The translations under genes and the position numbers were made by a program. Of a DNA stretch of 64,000 bases, positions 21,820 through 35,853 are shown piece by piece. Where the stretch lies: contig NC_086097.1 in assembly GCF_963921235.1 (NCBI RefSeq), positions 239,446,001 through 239,510,000 of the forward strand, in the 5' to 3' direction. Source of the DNA: Mobula hypostoma (taxonomy: Eukaryota). Numbering within the stretch: the first letter of the stretch is position 1; every line of letters begins with the position of its first letter. The notes under the pieces are model-generated. The model did not search any database. It was not told the origin of the DNA and was given only the letters and a program-made list of their open reading frames with translations.

Positions 21820-24800
21820 TAGAAACCATAGAAACTACAGCACAGAAACAGGCCTTTTGGCCCTTCTTGGCTGTGCCGAACCATTTTCTGCCTAGTCCCA
21901 CTGACCTGCACACAGACCATATCCCTCCATACACCTCCCATCCATGTATCTGTCCAATTTATTCTTAAATGTTAAAAAAGAACCTGCATTTACCACCTCA
22001 TCTGGCAGCTCATTCCATACTCTTTTCACTCTCTGTGTGAAGAAGCCTCCCATAATGTTCCCTTTAAACTTTTCCCCCCTCACCCTTAACCCATGTCCTC
22101 TGTTTTTTTTCTCCCCTTGCCTCAGTGGAGAAAGCCTGCTTGCATTCACTCTATCTATACTGTGACAAGAATACACATAGATAAGATGTTAGCTGTCCTG
22201 TGTGATCAGCAGTTGGTCTGCCACCTGTCTTCAAGAGAGAGATAAGGAACACAATGAAACAGCATCTGGAGATGTGTAATGAAGGGACGGGAGAGAGAGC
22301 TGTCTGGAGCGGCTCCCCCTTTGAACCCTGAACTGTTTGAAGTGATGGACAGGCGATACCCCAGCAGGGGTATAAAAAGGGACAGGTTCGCTAAGGCAGG
22401 ACACACACGACACCCGAGGTAACGAGACCCTGGAAGCGGTGCGCCTCTCACGAGTCGGTGGGAAGTACCAGACAACGCACAGGATGGAAAGGTACGATCA
22501 GCGGGAACCCGGTGTGTGTCCGTCCTTGCTTGGGTGCCGGGTTCACTGCAGAGGATCGACTGCATCTGGAGGAGGGGTCGCAGTCGGTGACCTCAGGTGA
22601 CATCACCAAGGACCTGCCCAAAAGCTGCTTGTGAGCAATTATCGCCGGTCTGTGAGTGGAAGCCGTTTCTGAATGATCAGTCGTTCCCGTTCTCTCTCTC
22701 TCCCCCCACGTTGTCCATCACCATGGCAACGATTACTGCGAACTGAACTACTAAATTGGACTGAACTTTGTGTCACTTTGAAATTGGTCATTTATCCCTA
22801 GACAACGATAGAGCTTGATTGATGCTGTTATCTTAATTCTGTGCACATGTGGGTTTATAATTGCTGAACTGTTGCATTTTATTATCCTTTCGATTACTGT
22901 GTTGCTTGTTTCTTTAATAAAACTTTCTTAGTTCTAGTAATCCAGACTCCAACTGAGTGATCCATTTCTGCTGGTTTGGCAACCCAGTTACGGGGTACGT
23001 AACAATACCCATCATAATTTTATATACCTCTATCAAATCTCCCCTCATTCTTCTATGCTCCAGGGAATAAAGTCCTAGCCTATTCAACCTTTCTCTGTAA
23101 CTGAGTTTATCAAGTCCTGGCAACATCCTTGTAAACCTTCTCTGCATTCTTTCAACCTTATTTATATCCTTCCTGTAATTTGGTGACCAAAACTGAACAC
23201 AATACTCCAGATTCGACCTCACCAATGCCTTATACAACCTCATCATAACATTCCAGCTCTTATACTCAATACTTTAATTAATAAAGGCCAATGTACCAAA
23301 AGCTCTCTTTACGACCTTATCTACCTGTGATGACGCTTTTAGGGAATTTTGTATCTGTATTCCCAGATCCCTCTGTTCCACTGCACTCCTCAGTGCCTTA
23401 CCATTAACCCTGTATGTTCTACCTTGGTTTGTCCTTCCAACGTGCAATACCTCACACTTGTCTGTATTAAACTCCATCTGCCATTTTTCAGCCCATTCTT
23501 CCAGCTGGTCCAAGTCCCTCTGCAGGCTCTGAAAATCTTCCTCACTGTCTACTACACCTCCAATCTTTGCATCATCAGCAAATTTGCTGATCCAATTTAC
23601 CACATTATCATCCAGATCATTGATATAGATGACAAATAACAATGGACCCAGCACTGATTCCTGTGGCACACCACTAGTCACAGGTCTCCACTCAGAGAAG
23701 CAATTCTCTACCACCACTCTTTGGCTTCTTCCATTGAGCCAATGTCTAATCCAATTTACCACCTCTCCATGTATACCTAGCGACTGAATTTTCCTAACTA
23801 ACCTCCCATGCGGGACCTTGTCAAAGGCCTTACTGAAATCCATGTAGACAATATCCACTGCCTTCCCTTCATCCACTTTCCTGGTAACCTCCTCGAAAAA
23901 CTACAATAGATTGGTCAAACATGACCTACCACGCACAAAGCCATGTTGACTCTCCCTAATAAGTCCCTGTCTATCCAAATGCTTGTAGATTCTGTCTCTT
24001 AGTACTCCCTCCAATAATTTACCTACTACCGACGTTAAACTCACTGGCCTATAATTTCCTGGATTACTTTTCGATCCTTTTTTAAACAACGGAACAACAT
24101 AAACCACTCTCCAATCCTGCGGTACCTCACCCATAGACAGTGACATTTTAAATATTTCTGCCAGGGCCCCCACAATTTCAACACTAGTCTCCTTCAAGGT
24201 CTGAGGGAACACTCTGTCAGGTCCCGGGGATTTATCCACTTTAATTTTCCTCAAGACAGCAAGCACCTCCTCCTTTTCAATCTGTACAGTTTCCATGATC
24301 TCACTACTTGATTCCCTCAATTCCATAGACTTCATGCCAGTTTCCTTAGTAAATACAGACGCAAAAAACCTATTTAAGATCTCCCCCATTTCCTTTGGTT
24401 CCGCACATAGCCGACCACTCTGATCTTCAAAAGGACCAATTTTATCCCTTACAATCCTTTTGCTCTTAATATACCTGTAAAAGCTCTTTGGATTATCCTT
24501 CACTTTGACTGCCAAGGCAACCTCATGTCTTCTTTTAGCCCTCCTGATTACTTTCTTAACTATTTTCTTGCACTTCTTATACTCCTCAAGCACCTTATTT
24601 ACTCCCTGTTTCCTATACATTTCATACAACTCCCTCTTCTTCTTTATCAGAGTTGCAATATCCCTTGAGAACCAAGGTTCCTTATTCCTATTCAATTTGC
24701 TTTTAATCCTGACAGGAACATACAAACTCTGCACTCTCAAAATTTCCCCTTTGAAGGCTTCCCACCTACCAATCACATCTTTGCCAGAGAACAACCTGTC

Positions 24801-25640
24801 CCAATCCACGCTTTTTAGATCCTTTCTCATTTCTTCAAATTTGGCCTTCTTCCAGTTCAGAACCTCAGCCCTAGGACCAGATCTATCCTTGTCCATGATC
24901 AAATTGAAACTAATGGTGTTATGATCACTGCAACCAAAGTGCTCCCCTACACAGACTTCCGTCACTTGTCCTAACTCATTTCCTAACAGGAGATCCAATA
25001 TTGCATCCCCTCTAGTTGGTCCTTCTATATATTGATTTAGAAAACTTTCCTGAACACATTTTACAAACTCTAAACCATCTAGACCCCTAACAGTATGGGA
25101 GTCCCAATCAATGTATGGAAAATTAAAATCCCCTTCCACCACAACTTTATGTTTCCTGCAGTTGCCTGCTATCTCTCTGCAGATTTGCTCTTCCGAGTCT
25201 CGTTGACTGTTGGGTGGTCTGTAATACAATCCCACTAATGTGGCCATACCTTTCCTGTTTCTCAGCTCCACCCATAAGGACTCAGTAGACAAGCCCTCTA
25301 ATCTGTCCTGCCTGAGCACTGCTGTAATATTTTCCCTAACAAGCAATGCTACTCCCCCACCTTTCATTCCTCTGCCTCGATCACATCTGAAACATCGGAA
25401 CCCCGGAATATTAAGCTGCCAGTCCTGCCCCTCCTGTAGCCAAGTTTCACTAATTGGTATAACGTCAAAATTCCACGTGTCAATCCACGCTCTCAACTCA
25501 TCCGCCTTCCCTGCAATACTCCTAGCATTGAAATATATACACCTCAGAAGATTTTTACCACCACTCACAACCTTTCTATCAGCGGATTTGCTTGAACTTT
25601 CAACATCATTTATTTTCACCCCAGCCACACTGTCAGCACT
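21820..25640 (-). mobile_element. CR1 LINE with near-complete ORF2 (AP endonuclease plus RT), inactivated
   Basis: 575-aa ORF 23901-25628 (NARS, SETWL, GDFN, LDL, SDH; KSPGPD; NYRPVSL) ends at a premature TAG and resumes 23274-23876 (FADD); later frameshift and solo-LTR insertion; ctatggtttcta tail. Confidence 0.97.
22161..23004 (+). mobile_element. Solo LTR (Gypsy-like), 844 bp
   Basis: TGTGAC...GTAACA ends; 4-bp TSD ATAC at 22157-22160 and 23005-23008; TATAAAA at 22371 and AATAAA at 22916; splits the CR1 coding frame. Confidence 0.92.
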
Positions 25641-25688
25641 GTCATTATCTCACAAGACTTGCCATAATCCCCAAATTCTTAGCCGTAC

Positions 25689-25793
25689 CAACCCCTTAGC
25701 TTCTGATTTGGTAAGTGGAAGGTCTATATCCACAGATGAAATTTTAACATCATTTTTGTCCAAACAATCAACCCACACATTCCCTTCAACACT
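25689..25793 (-). CDS. Candidate 105-nt internal exon (phase 0-0)
   Basis: cacatAG|SVEGNVWVDCLDKNDVKISSVDIDLPLTKSEAKGL|GTACGG; only one of three frames is open; splice sites are moderate. Confidence 0.25.
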
Positions 25794-26329
25794 CTATGTG
25801 TTGGGACGCATAAGAACAGAACATGTAAACCAATGCTTTGAATATGAAGTAAAGTTTGCCTCTGGTGTCCTGGTGACCAGAGTTTAAATCCTGTCATGAA
25901 GTTGCATCTCATTGTAATGTATCTCACTGTTGTCACTATGGCCTAGTGATGTCAGTGTTTACCCCCCCCCCCTTAAGTGGTCACATCTTAACGTCTCCAT
26001 ATTGCGAATCAGAATCGGGTTTAATATCACGAGCATTGGTCATGATGGAAACCCTTGATCATTGGCTGAGCTACGATGATGTGATGTGAGTGAAAGGAGT
26101 AGTCTCCATGGTGACCATGAGTCTGTGACCTCGGGAATGGTAGAGGTGGAATTGTTCATTATACCTGGCCCTTGTCTGGGCTAAGGGAGAGTAATGAAAT
26201 GTTTTTAGAATTAGTCTTGAGTTCTTTTTTGCATTTGCCTATGTATTTGCAAACAAAGAAGTCCCTATATGTGTATTAAACCACAATAAATCACTTTATT
26301 AGCCTTATATAAAACATGGAGTATCATGC

Positions 26330-26445
26330 ATACTCTCTCTAATTCTCTATCTTTTTCTCCCCTGTCTCTCTCTCCCCCTCCCACTCTCTCTCCTCTCTCT
26401 CTCTCTCTCCCTCCCTCCTTCTCTCTCTCTGTCTCTGTCCTTCTC
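26330..26445. repeat. CT-rich low-complexity tract
   Basis: Degenerate (CT)n/(CCCT)n. Confidence 0.85.
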
Positions 26446-26957
26446 CCACTCAATATGCTTGTCTCAATCCTCTCCAACATTTAGCACTAGCACTGGTCAT
26501 GAACTAATTTTGCACATTGAAAGTGGCCCTTCAAAACTAGAAAATAACTCTTAGCCCAGTACTTTTTAACCACCCAGTTGTTAGCGCATTTCTATTTGGT
26601 AGCTACATCTGCACAAAGGCCTGACCCTTTCTGGACTAAAGTGTTTTTCACCATTATTTACTCCCAAGGCTGTAGACTTGTACTCCTTTCATTTTCTCAA
26701 AGCAATCGCACTCCAGACTAGCACCATCTCGTCTTACAGGCTTCCATTTGTTTTAGCATATACCAAGGAGGAATCACATTTAGCTCTTTCCTTTCAGGGA
26801 GATTCAGTGCTAAAATGGTGCTTGGAAACAAGGAAACAAGGAAATGGCTGGGATATTGGACAAAATATTTTGATTAATTTTTCCCAATTTCATTTAATTT
26901 TAAAGAATTGAGAATAAAATGGAATATTGAAAGGAGAAACTTAAATGAATTATGAAA

Positions 26958-28375
26958 ATAGCCATAAACAATTACAGCATGGAAAAAGGACATCTCGGCC
27001 CTTCTAGCCGGTGCCGAACTCTCACCTAGTCGCACCGACCTGCACTCAGCCCATAACCCTCCCTTCCTTTCCTGTCCACATATACATCCAATTTAACTTT
27101 AAATGACAACATCGAACCTGCCTCAACCACTTCTGCTGGAAGCTCGTTCCACACAGCTACCACTCTCTGAGTAAAGAAGTTCCCCCTCATGTTATCCCTA
27201 AACTTTTGCCTTTTAACTCTCAACTCATGTCTTCTTATTTGAATCTCCCTTACTCTCAATGGAAAAAGCCTATCCATGTCAACTCTGTCTATTCCCCTCA
27301 TAATTTTAAATACCTCCATCAAGTCCCCCCTCAACCTTCTATGCTCCAAAGAATAAAGACCCAACTTGTTCAACCTTTCTCTGTAACTTAGGAGATGAAA
27401 CCCAGGCAACATTCTAGTAAATCTCCTCTGTACTCTCTCATTTTTATTGACATCTTTCCTATAATTCAGTGACCAGAACTGTACACAATACTCCAAATTT
27501 GGCCTTACGAATGCCTTATACAATTTCAACATTACATCCCAACTCCTATACTCAATGCTCTGACTTATAAAGGCCAACATACCAGAAGCATTTTTCACCA
27601 CTCTATCCACATGAGATTCCACCTTCAGGGAACTATGCACCATTATTCCTTGATCCCTCTGTTCTACTGCATTCTTCAATGCCCTACCATGTATGTCCTA
27701 TTTTGATTAGTCCTACCAAAATGTAGCACCTCACATTTATCAGCATTAAATTCCATCTGCCAGCTTTCTTCTAAGTGGCTTAAATCTCTCTGCAAGCTTT
27801 GAAAACCTACTTCACTATCCACAACTCCACCTATCTTAGTATCATCTGCATACGTACTAATCCAATTTACCACCCCATCATCCAGATCATTAATATATAT
27901 GACAAACAACATTGGATCCAGTACAGATCCCTGAGGCACACCACTAGACACTGTCCTCCAATCTGACACACAGTTATCCACTACTACTCTCTGGCGTCTC
28001 CCATCCAACCACTGCTGAATCTACTTTACTTCGATATTAATACCTAACGATTGAACCTTCCTAACTAACCTTCCGTGTGGAACCTTGTCAAAGGCCTTAC
28101 TGAAGTCCATATAGACAACATCCACCGCTTTACCCTCGTCAACTTTCCTAGTAACCTCATCAAAAAATTCAATAAGATTTGTCAAACATGACCTTCCAAG
28201 CACAAATCCATGTTGACTGTTCCTAATCAGACCCTGTCTATCCAGATAATTATATACGCCATCTCTAAGAATACTTTCCATCAATTTACCCACCACTGAC
28301 ATCAAACTGATAGACCGATAATTGCTAGGTTTACTCTTAGAACCCTTTTTAAACAATGGAACAACATGAGCAATA
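26958..28375 (-). mobile_element. CR1 LINE RT half, 5'-truncated
   Basis: ORFs 28021-28416, 27676-28008 (YADDTK) and 27026-27679 are successive frameshifted RT pieces. Confidence 0.95.
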
Positions 28376-28859
28376 CAAAAATGAAATTTGCAAGGTCTTC
28401 TTGTGAACACAGTCACAATCCCCGCAGTCCCCCGGAAAGTACAGCCTCAGGACTCACACCACCAGGTTTGGGAACTGTTATTACCCCTCAACCATCAGGC
28501 TGCTGAACTAGAGTGAACTGAACTGATTCCACAACCTACAGACTCACTTTCAAGGACTTGACAACTCCTGTCCTTAGTATTATTTATTTATTAATTATTA
28601 TTAGTTTTGTTTTTGTATTTGCATAGTTCGTCTTCTTTTTCACATTGGCTGTTTGTCAGTCTTTGTGTTTCTTTGCATTTACTGTGAGTACTCGCATAAA
28701 AGTAAATCTCAAGGTTATATATGGTGAACTTTGAACACAGTGATGTTAATGATGACATCCTATGAACACTGTACCAGTTGCTGCTGACCCCTTGAATACA
28801 TTTTCACACTTGGGGCCCTGTGTGTGCCATTACTGAAACTTGATTGAGAGAGGGGCAGG

Positions 28860-31800
28860 AATGTGTGATTAATGTACCAGGCAGGATAGAGAAGAAGGTA
28901 AAAGTGGGGTGGGGGGGGGTGGAGTTACAGTACTAATCAGGGCAACAGCACAGCTAGACTCAGAGAAGACGTCATGGATTGGTCAGCCACTGAGTCTGTT
29001 TGGGTGGAACTCAGGAGTAGGAGAGGTGCAATTACACTGATGTGATTGGACTACATATTCTTGAATCGCCACTGGGACTTTGAATAACAGATATGTACTC
29101 AGAATAAGGAAATGTTTAAAAATATTAAGGTTCTTGTCATGGAGGATTTCAACTTCCCAAACAGAAAGTGGGACCTTCTTAGTGTAAAGGGTTCAGATGG
29201 GACTGAAATTGTTAAGTGTATCGAGGAAGGTTTTTTTTAAAAATCAATATGTGGACAGTCCAGTGAGAGAACTGGACCAGGTGCTGGGTAATGAGCCTTG
29301 CCAGATGACTGACCATCCAGGAACAGTGACCACAACTCCTCAACTTTCAGGGCAGCTATAGATCAGGATAGGTGTGGTCCTCGTGGGAAAGTTTTGAATT
29401 GGAGCAGGGAAAATTACGAGGTCATTAGGCAGGAACACCTTTTCTCTGGCAAGTCCACATCAGACATGTGGAGGATGCTTAAAGGTCAGTTGCACAGAGT
29501 ACAGGAAAGGTGCATTCCTGTTAGAAGGAAGTACGGAGATCGAAAGCTAAGAGAATCTTGGATGTCCGGAGAGGTGATGAATTTAGTCATGAAGAAAAAG
29601 GAGAAGTATGTCAAATTGCGGAAGTCAGGAACAAATGAAGCACCTGAGGAGTACAAAGAAGCCAGAAAGAACTCAGGAAGGGAATTAGGAAAGCCAGGAG
29701 GGGCCATAAAAAGTCCTTGGCAAGTAGGATTAAGGTGAATCCCAAGGCATTCTATACATACATCGAGAGTAGAAGGATAACTAGGGAGATGGTGGGACCA
29801 TTCCAAGATAAAGAGGAGAACATTTGCTTGGAAGCAGAGAATGTGTGTGAGGTAGTTAATGAGTACTTTGTTGAGGAAAAGAATATGGAGGACCAGGAGA
29901 TCAGTGCTGAATGTATAAATACATTAGGGGATTTAGAAGTCAAGGAGGAGGAAATGTTGGGCTTCCTCATGAGTATTAAGGTGGATAAGCCCCTTGCATA
30001 TAATGGTCTTTACTCCAGGTTATTGAAGGAGACAAGAGGAGAGATTGCTGGGCCTTTGACCAGTATCTTTCTGACCCCTCTAGCCACAGGCGAGGTCCTG
30101 GAGGACTGGCATGGCTAAAGTTGAATCTCTTTTTAAGAAGGGAACAAGGGAAAATCCTGGGAACTATAGACCAGTGAGTCTCACATCAGTTGTAAGGAAA
30201 TTGCTGGAGAAAATTCTTAAGAATAAGATGTTATGAGTATTTGGAAACCCAGGGCCTAATTAGAGAGAATCAGCATGGCTCTGTGTATGGCAGGTCATGC
30301 ATTACCAATTTGAATGAGTTTTTTGGCAAGCTGACAGGAGATATGATGAGGGTAGAGTGGTGGATGTTGTCGACGTGGACTTTACTAAGGTGTTTGACCA
30401 AGTCCCTCATGGGAGGCTAATCCAGAAAATTAAGATACATGGGATCCATGGAAAATTGGCTGTTTGGATTCAGAACTGGTTTGCACATAGAGGACAAAGT
30501 GTAGTGGATGAGGAACTTATTTAAGATGGAGGTCTAATTAGTGGAGTTCCGCAAGAATCTGTATAGGGACCTCCTTGACTGTTCGTGGTGTATGTAAATG
30601 ACCTGGATGAGAATGTAGATGGGTGAGTCAGTAAGTTTATAGATGATATCAAGAATGATGGATCTGTGGATAGTGTAGAAGACTGGCAAAGAATGTAATG
30701 CAGTATAGATCAATTGCAAATATGGGCAGAGAAATGGTAGGTGGAGTTTATCCCAGATAAGTCTGAGGTGTTGCACCTCAGTAGGGAAAATGCAAGGAGA
30801 CAGTACACTGTCATGGCTCATGGCTCATGGCTCCTTGAAAGTGGCTACACAGGTCGATAAGTTTGTTAGAACACCTATTGAATGCTTGCTTCTATTAGTT
30901 GAGGCATTGACTTCAAACGTCAGAAGGTTATGTTGCGACATTCTAAATCTCAGATTAGGCCACATCCGGAGTATTGTATACAGTCCTGGTAGCCCCACTA
31001 TAGAATGGATGTTGAGGCTTTAGGGAGGGTGCAGAAGACATATACCAAGATAGATAGACAGATAGACAGATAAATAGACAGATAGATAGACAGATAGATA
31101 GATAGATAGATATACTTTATTGATCCCGAGGAAAATTGGGTTTCGTTACAGTTGCACCAACCAAGAATGGAGTATAAATATAGCAATATAAAACCATAAT
31201 AATTAAATAATAATATGTAAATTATGCCAGATGGAAATAAATCCAGGACCAGCCTATCGACTCAGAGTGTCTGACCCTCCAAGGGAGGAGTTGTAAAGTT
31301 TGATGGCCACAGGCAGGAATGACTTCCTATGACACTCAGTGTTGCATCTCGGTGGAATGAGTCTCTGGCTGAATGTACTCCTGTGCCCACATTATGTAGT
31401 GGATGGGAGACGTTGTCCAAGATGGCATGCAACTTAGACAGCATCCTCTTTTCAGACACCGTTGTCAGAGAGTCCAGTTCCATCCCCATAGCCTTACGAA
31501 TGAGTTTGTTGATTCTGCTGGTGTCTGCTACCCTCAGCCTGCTGCCCCAGCACACAACAGCAAACATGATAGCACTGGCCACCACAGACTCGTAGGACAT
31601 CCTCAGCATTGTCTGACAGATGTTCAAGGACCTCAGTCTCCTCAGGAAATAGAGATGGCTCTGACCCTTCTCGTAGACAGCCTCAGTGTTCTTTGACCAG
31701 TCCAGTTTATTGTCAATTCATATCCCCAGGTATTCGTAATCCTCCACCATGTCCACACTGACCCCCTGGATGGAAACAGGGGTTACCCATGCCTTAACCC

Positions 31801-33062
31801 TCCTCAGGTCCACCACCAGCTCCTTAGTCTTTTTCACATTAAGCTGCAGATAATTCTGCTCACACCATGTGACAAAGTTTCCCACCGTAGCCCTGTACTT
31901 AGCCTCATCTCCCTTGCTGATGCATCCAACTATGGCAGAGTCATCCGAAAACTTCTGAAGATGGCAAGATTCTGTGCAGTAGTTGAAGTCCGAGGTGTAA
32001 ATGGTGAAGAGAAAGGGAGACAAGACAGTCCCCTGCGGAGCCCCAGTGCTGCTGACCACTCTGTCTGACACACAGTGTTGCAAGCACATGTACTGTGGTC
32101 TGCCAGTCAGGTAATCAATAATCCATGACACCAGGAAAGCATCCACCTGCATCGCTGTCAGCTTCTCCCCCAGCACAGCAGGGCGGATGGTGTTGAACGC
32201 ACTGGAGAAGTCAAAAAACATGACCCTCACAGTGCTTGCTGGCTTGTCCAGGTGGGCGTAGACACGGTTCAGCAGGTAGACGATGGCATCCTCAACTCCT
32301 CGTCGGGGCTGGTAGGTGAACTGGAGGGGATCTAAGTGTGGCCTAACCATAGGCCGGAGCGGCTCCAGAGCAAGTCGCTCCAGGGTCTTCATGATGTGGG
32401 AGTTCAATGCCACTGGTCTGTAGTCATTGAAGCCACTGGGGCCTGGCGTCTTCGGCACAGGGACGAGGCAGGACGTCTTCCACAGCACAGGAACCCTCCG
32501 GAGCCTCAGGCTCAGGTTGAATACATGGTGAAGTACTCCACATAGCTGGGGGGGCACAGGCTTTGAGCACCCTGGCGCTGACACCATCCGGGCCTGCAGC
32601 CTTGCTTGGGTGGAGATGTACTACCACGAGAGACTAGATAAATTAGGTTGTTTTCTTTGGAGCGTCAGAGACTTAGGGGAGATCTGATAGAGGCTTACAA
32701 GATTATCAGAGGCATGGATAGAGTGGACAGAGAGTATCCCAGGATTGAAATGTCTAATACCAGAGGGCAAGCATAGAAGGTGAGAGGGGTAGGTTCAAGG
32801 GGGATGTGAGGGGTATGTTTTTTTCACTCAGAGTCATGGATGCCTGGAATGTACTGCCTGTATGGAGGTAGAGGCAAGTATATTAGAGGCTTTTAAGTGA
32901 TGTTTGGATAGGCACATGGATATATGGAAGATGGAGGGTTATGGACATTGTGTGGATAAGAGGGATTAGTGCTTAGGTGTTTTGATTTGCTTTTTATCTG
33001 GTTCAGAACAAAATTGTGGGCCAAGTAACTGGCTCCTGTGCTGTACTCTTCTAAGCTCTATC
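28860..33062 (+). mobile_element. Old CR1 LINE (EN plus RT), heavily decayed, interrupted by Rex1
   Basis: Fragmentary ORFs 29394-30118 and 30790-31023; CR1 C-terminus resumes at about 32620. Confidence 0.9.
31049..32619 (-). mobile_element. Rex1/Babar LINE, 5'-truncated, young
   Basis: ORF 31718-32587 with NDYRPVAL, DFSSAFNTI, GAPQGTVLSP and FSDD; (CTAT/CTGT)n 3' tail at 31049-31112. Confidence 0.95.
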
Positions 33063-33759
33063 TTCTATATTTTAAGGTCAACAGCCAAATTTGTGGTGTT
33101 GAAGTCAGGTACTACTCAGATCACAGAAGAAGAAAGTTGCAAACCAGTTCTGTAGCAAAATTTGCCAAGAACAATATGACACAACACATAACGAGAGAAT
33201 GAATTCCATTCCTGCTGAATTGCACCACACATGTTTAGTTCATCAAAAATCTGTCAAAGGTAACATTTGAAAGCTTGAACAAGCAACACTTCTCTCAATT
33301 AGTAATCTCACTGCACAAAGCAACAGAATTTGGGAATTTGACATGAGAACTAAAGGTATTCAAAACACTCAGCAGGTCAAGAGGCATCTGCAGAATCAGA
33401 GTTAATATTTCAAGTTAAAAGTCTGTTCAGCCAACATTAGATGAAGCTAAAATAGCTGATAAAATGAAGGGCTAAGGCTTTATTACAATGTTTAAATACC
33501 TGGCATCTTTCCCATGGGAGGATTAATGAGCTACCACAAAGCTAAAATGGGAAGTGACAGGTTTATACTGGATGTTTTAAAATCACATTTCTCTTCTGAT
33601 CCAAACACAACCGAAATCTTTTTGGAAATTATGTTCAGCCAATACTCATTTCACATCATTTCTATTTATAACAGTGGTGTACAACTCAGAGACTTCAGGC
33701 CACGTCCTGGTCCAACTCTGGACATTTATTTTATTTTGTTTAAGTATCCAACAAGGTAA

Positions 33760-33955
33760 CAGGCCCTTCTGGCCCAAACAATCTGTGACCAACTAACCTA
33801 TGAACCCGCATGCTTCTGTAATGTGGGAGGAAAGTGAAACATCTAAAGGAAGCCCATGCAGTCGTGGGGGGAATATACTAACTCCTTACAGACAACACTG
33901 GAATTGAACCTGGGTCACTGGTGCTGTGATAGTTTTACATTAACTGTTTTCTACC
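33760..33955 (-). mobile_element. HE1-like V-SINE, decayed
   Basis: Similar to 15478-15720 and 56805-57090. Confidence 0.7.
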
Positions 33956-34624
33956 AAACATTTATATTGCAGCCAAGTCGAAGTTGTCATGGTCCCGACT
34001 GAAATGCAGCAGGCATCCAAGTTTTGGCACTCCAATTCCCCGGACTATGGGTAGCTGCCACTATCTCTTTAAGATTCAGACTGCCTTTATAGTCTGCCAC
34101 ATTCCTTCATAGAAAGTCCGTACCTACTGGCTTTGTCCTGAGCAAATAGTGCTCAATTGTAGGAGTTCTATTTCAAGTACAGTACTACAGTTTGTGATTT
34201 TGCCTTTGGATCTAGTTTGTGTTATCTTGTCTAATTTGAGTCTGAGTGTATACTAGACCTTGCTCTGCATTTGGGTCACCACCACCCGGAGCTCAGTCAC
34301 TACACTGGTAGAACAGTGACCTTACCTACCAGCTCCATTTCCTACCATGCTGATGCTAAATTTTTAATTTTCTAGTCAAGAATCCACTACACTGTTGTGG
34401 AATTTGACTGTCCGCTACAACTTGTGCTTCACTTCTTTCAACCAGCTAATCCACATTAACATCACAGTTTGTGAATGGCTCAATGTCAGACAGAAGCACA
34501 AAGGGCTTTACAGAATATTCAGCTTTGTGCTTTTCAGTAACTCAGTCATGATACAATGTCTAGGCATGGTGGGTGGCCCGAAAAAGCTTCTGTCAACCTA
34601 CATGTAAACTCTTCATATATATAT

Positions 34625-35853
34625 CAGAATCAGCTTTAATATCATTGGCATGTGCTGTGAAATTGGTTAACTTAGCAGCAGCATTTCAATGCAATACATG
34701 ATAATATAGAAAAAAAAAGTAAGTCAATTACAGTAGGTATATACATGTATATGAAATAGTTAAATTAAAAATAGTGCAATACAGAAATAATAAAAAAGTG
34801 AGGTAGTGTCCATGGGTTCAATGTCCATTTAGGAATCGTATGTCAGAGGTGAAGAAGCTGCACCTGAGCCACTGAGTGTGTGCCTTCAGGCTTCTGTACC
34901 TCTTTCTTGACAATAAAAATGAGAAGAGGGCATGTCCTGAGTGATCGGGGTCCTTAATGATGGACACCACCTTTCTGAGGCACTGCTCCTTGAAGATGTC
35001 TTGGATACTACGGATGCCAGTACCCAAGATGGAGCTGACTAATTTTACAAATTTCTGCAGCTTCACAATCAGCTCTTTCTTCTTACTGACATGGAGTGCA
35101 TAATTGTTACTGCAACATCACTCAGCTAGCTGGTTCCTGCTCTTGTACATCCTCTTGTCTCCATCTGAGATTCTACCAACGATGGATGCATCATCAACAG
35201 AGTTATGGATGGCATTTGAGCTATACCAAGCCACACAGTCATGGGTATAGAGAGAGTAGAGCAGTGAGGTAATCCAACACCTCTGAGGTGCATCAATGTT
35301 GATCTGCAGAGAGGAGAAGATATTATCACCAATCCGCACAAATTGTGATCTTCTGGTTAGGAAGTCGAGTATCTAGTTGCAGAGGAAGGTACAGAGGCCC
35401 AGATTCTGTACCTTATCGATCAGAACAGTGAGAATGATAATGTTAAATGCTGAGCTACAGTCAAGGAACAACAAGCATTTGTATTGCCCAGGTGATCTAA
35501 GGACGTACGAAGAGCCATTGAAATTGCATCTGCCCTTGGCTTATTGTGATGATAGGCAAGTTGCAATGGGTCCAGGTACTTGCTGAAGCAGGAGATAATT
35601 CTAGCCATGACTAACCTTTCAAAGCTTTTCAACACCATAGATGTGAGTGCTACTGGGCGATAGTCATTAAGGCAGCTCATACGACTCTTCTTGGGCATTG
35701 GTATAATTGTTGCCTACTTGAAGCAGGTGGGAAATCCTGACTGTAGTAGTGAAAGGTTGAAAATGTTCTTGAATATCCCGCCAGTTCTTTGACACTAGTT
35801 TTCAGAGCCTTTCCAGGTACTCCAATGGGACCTGCCACCTTGTGAGGGTTCAT
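34625..35853 (-). mobile_element. Rex1/Babar LINE, decayed
   Basis: ORFs 35420-35698 (CLNDYRPVALTS), 35118-35339 and 34818-35066; ctgattctgat tail. Confidence 0.9.

Noticed and set aside
33118..33260. Plus-strand segment with FCSKIC, like an FCS/MYM zinc-finger half
   Set aside because: No upstream CxxC, weak acceptor, and no supporting neighbouring exons
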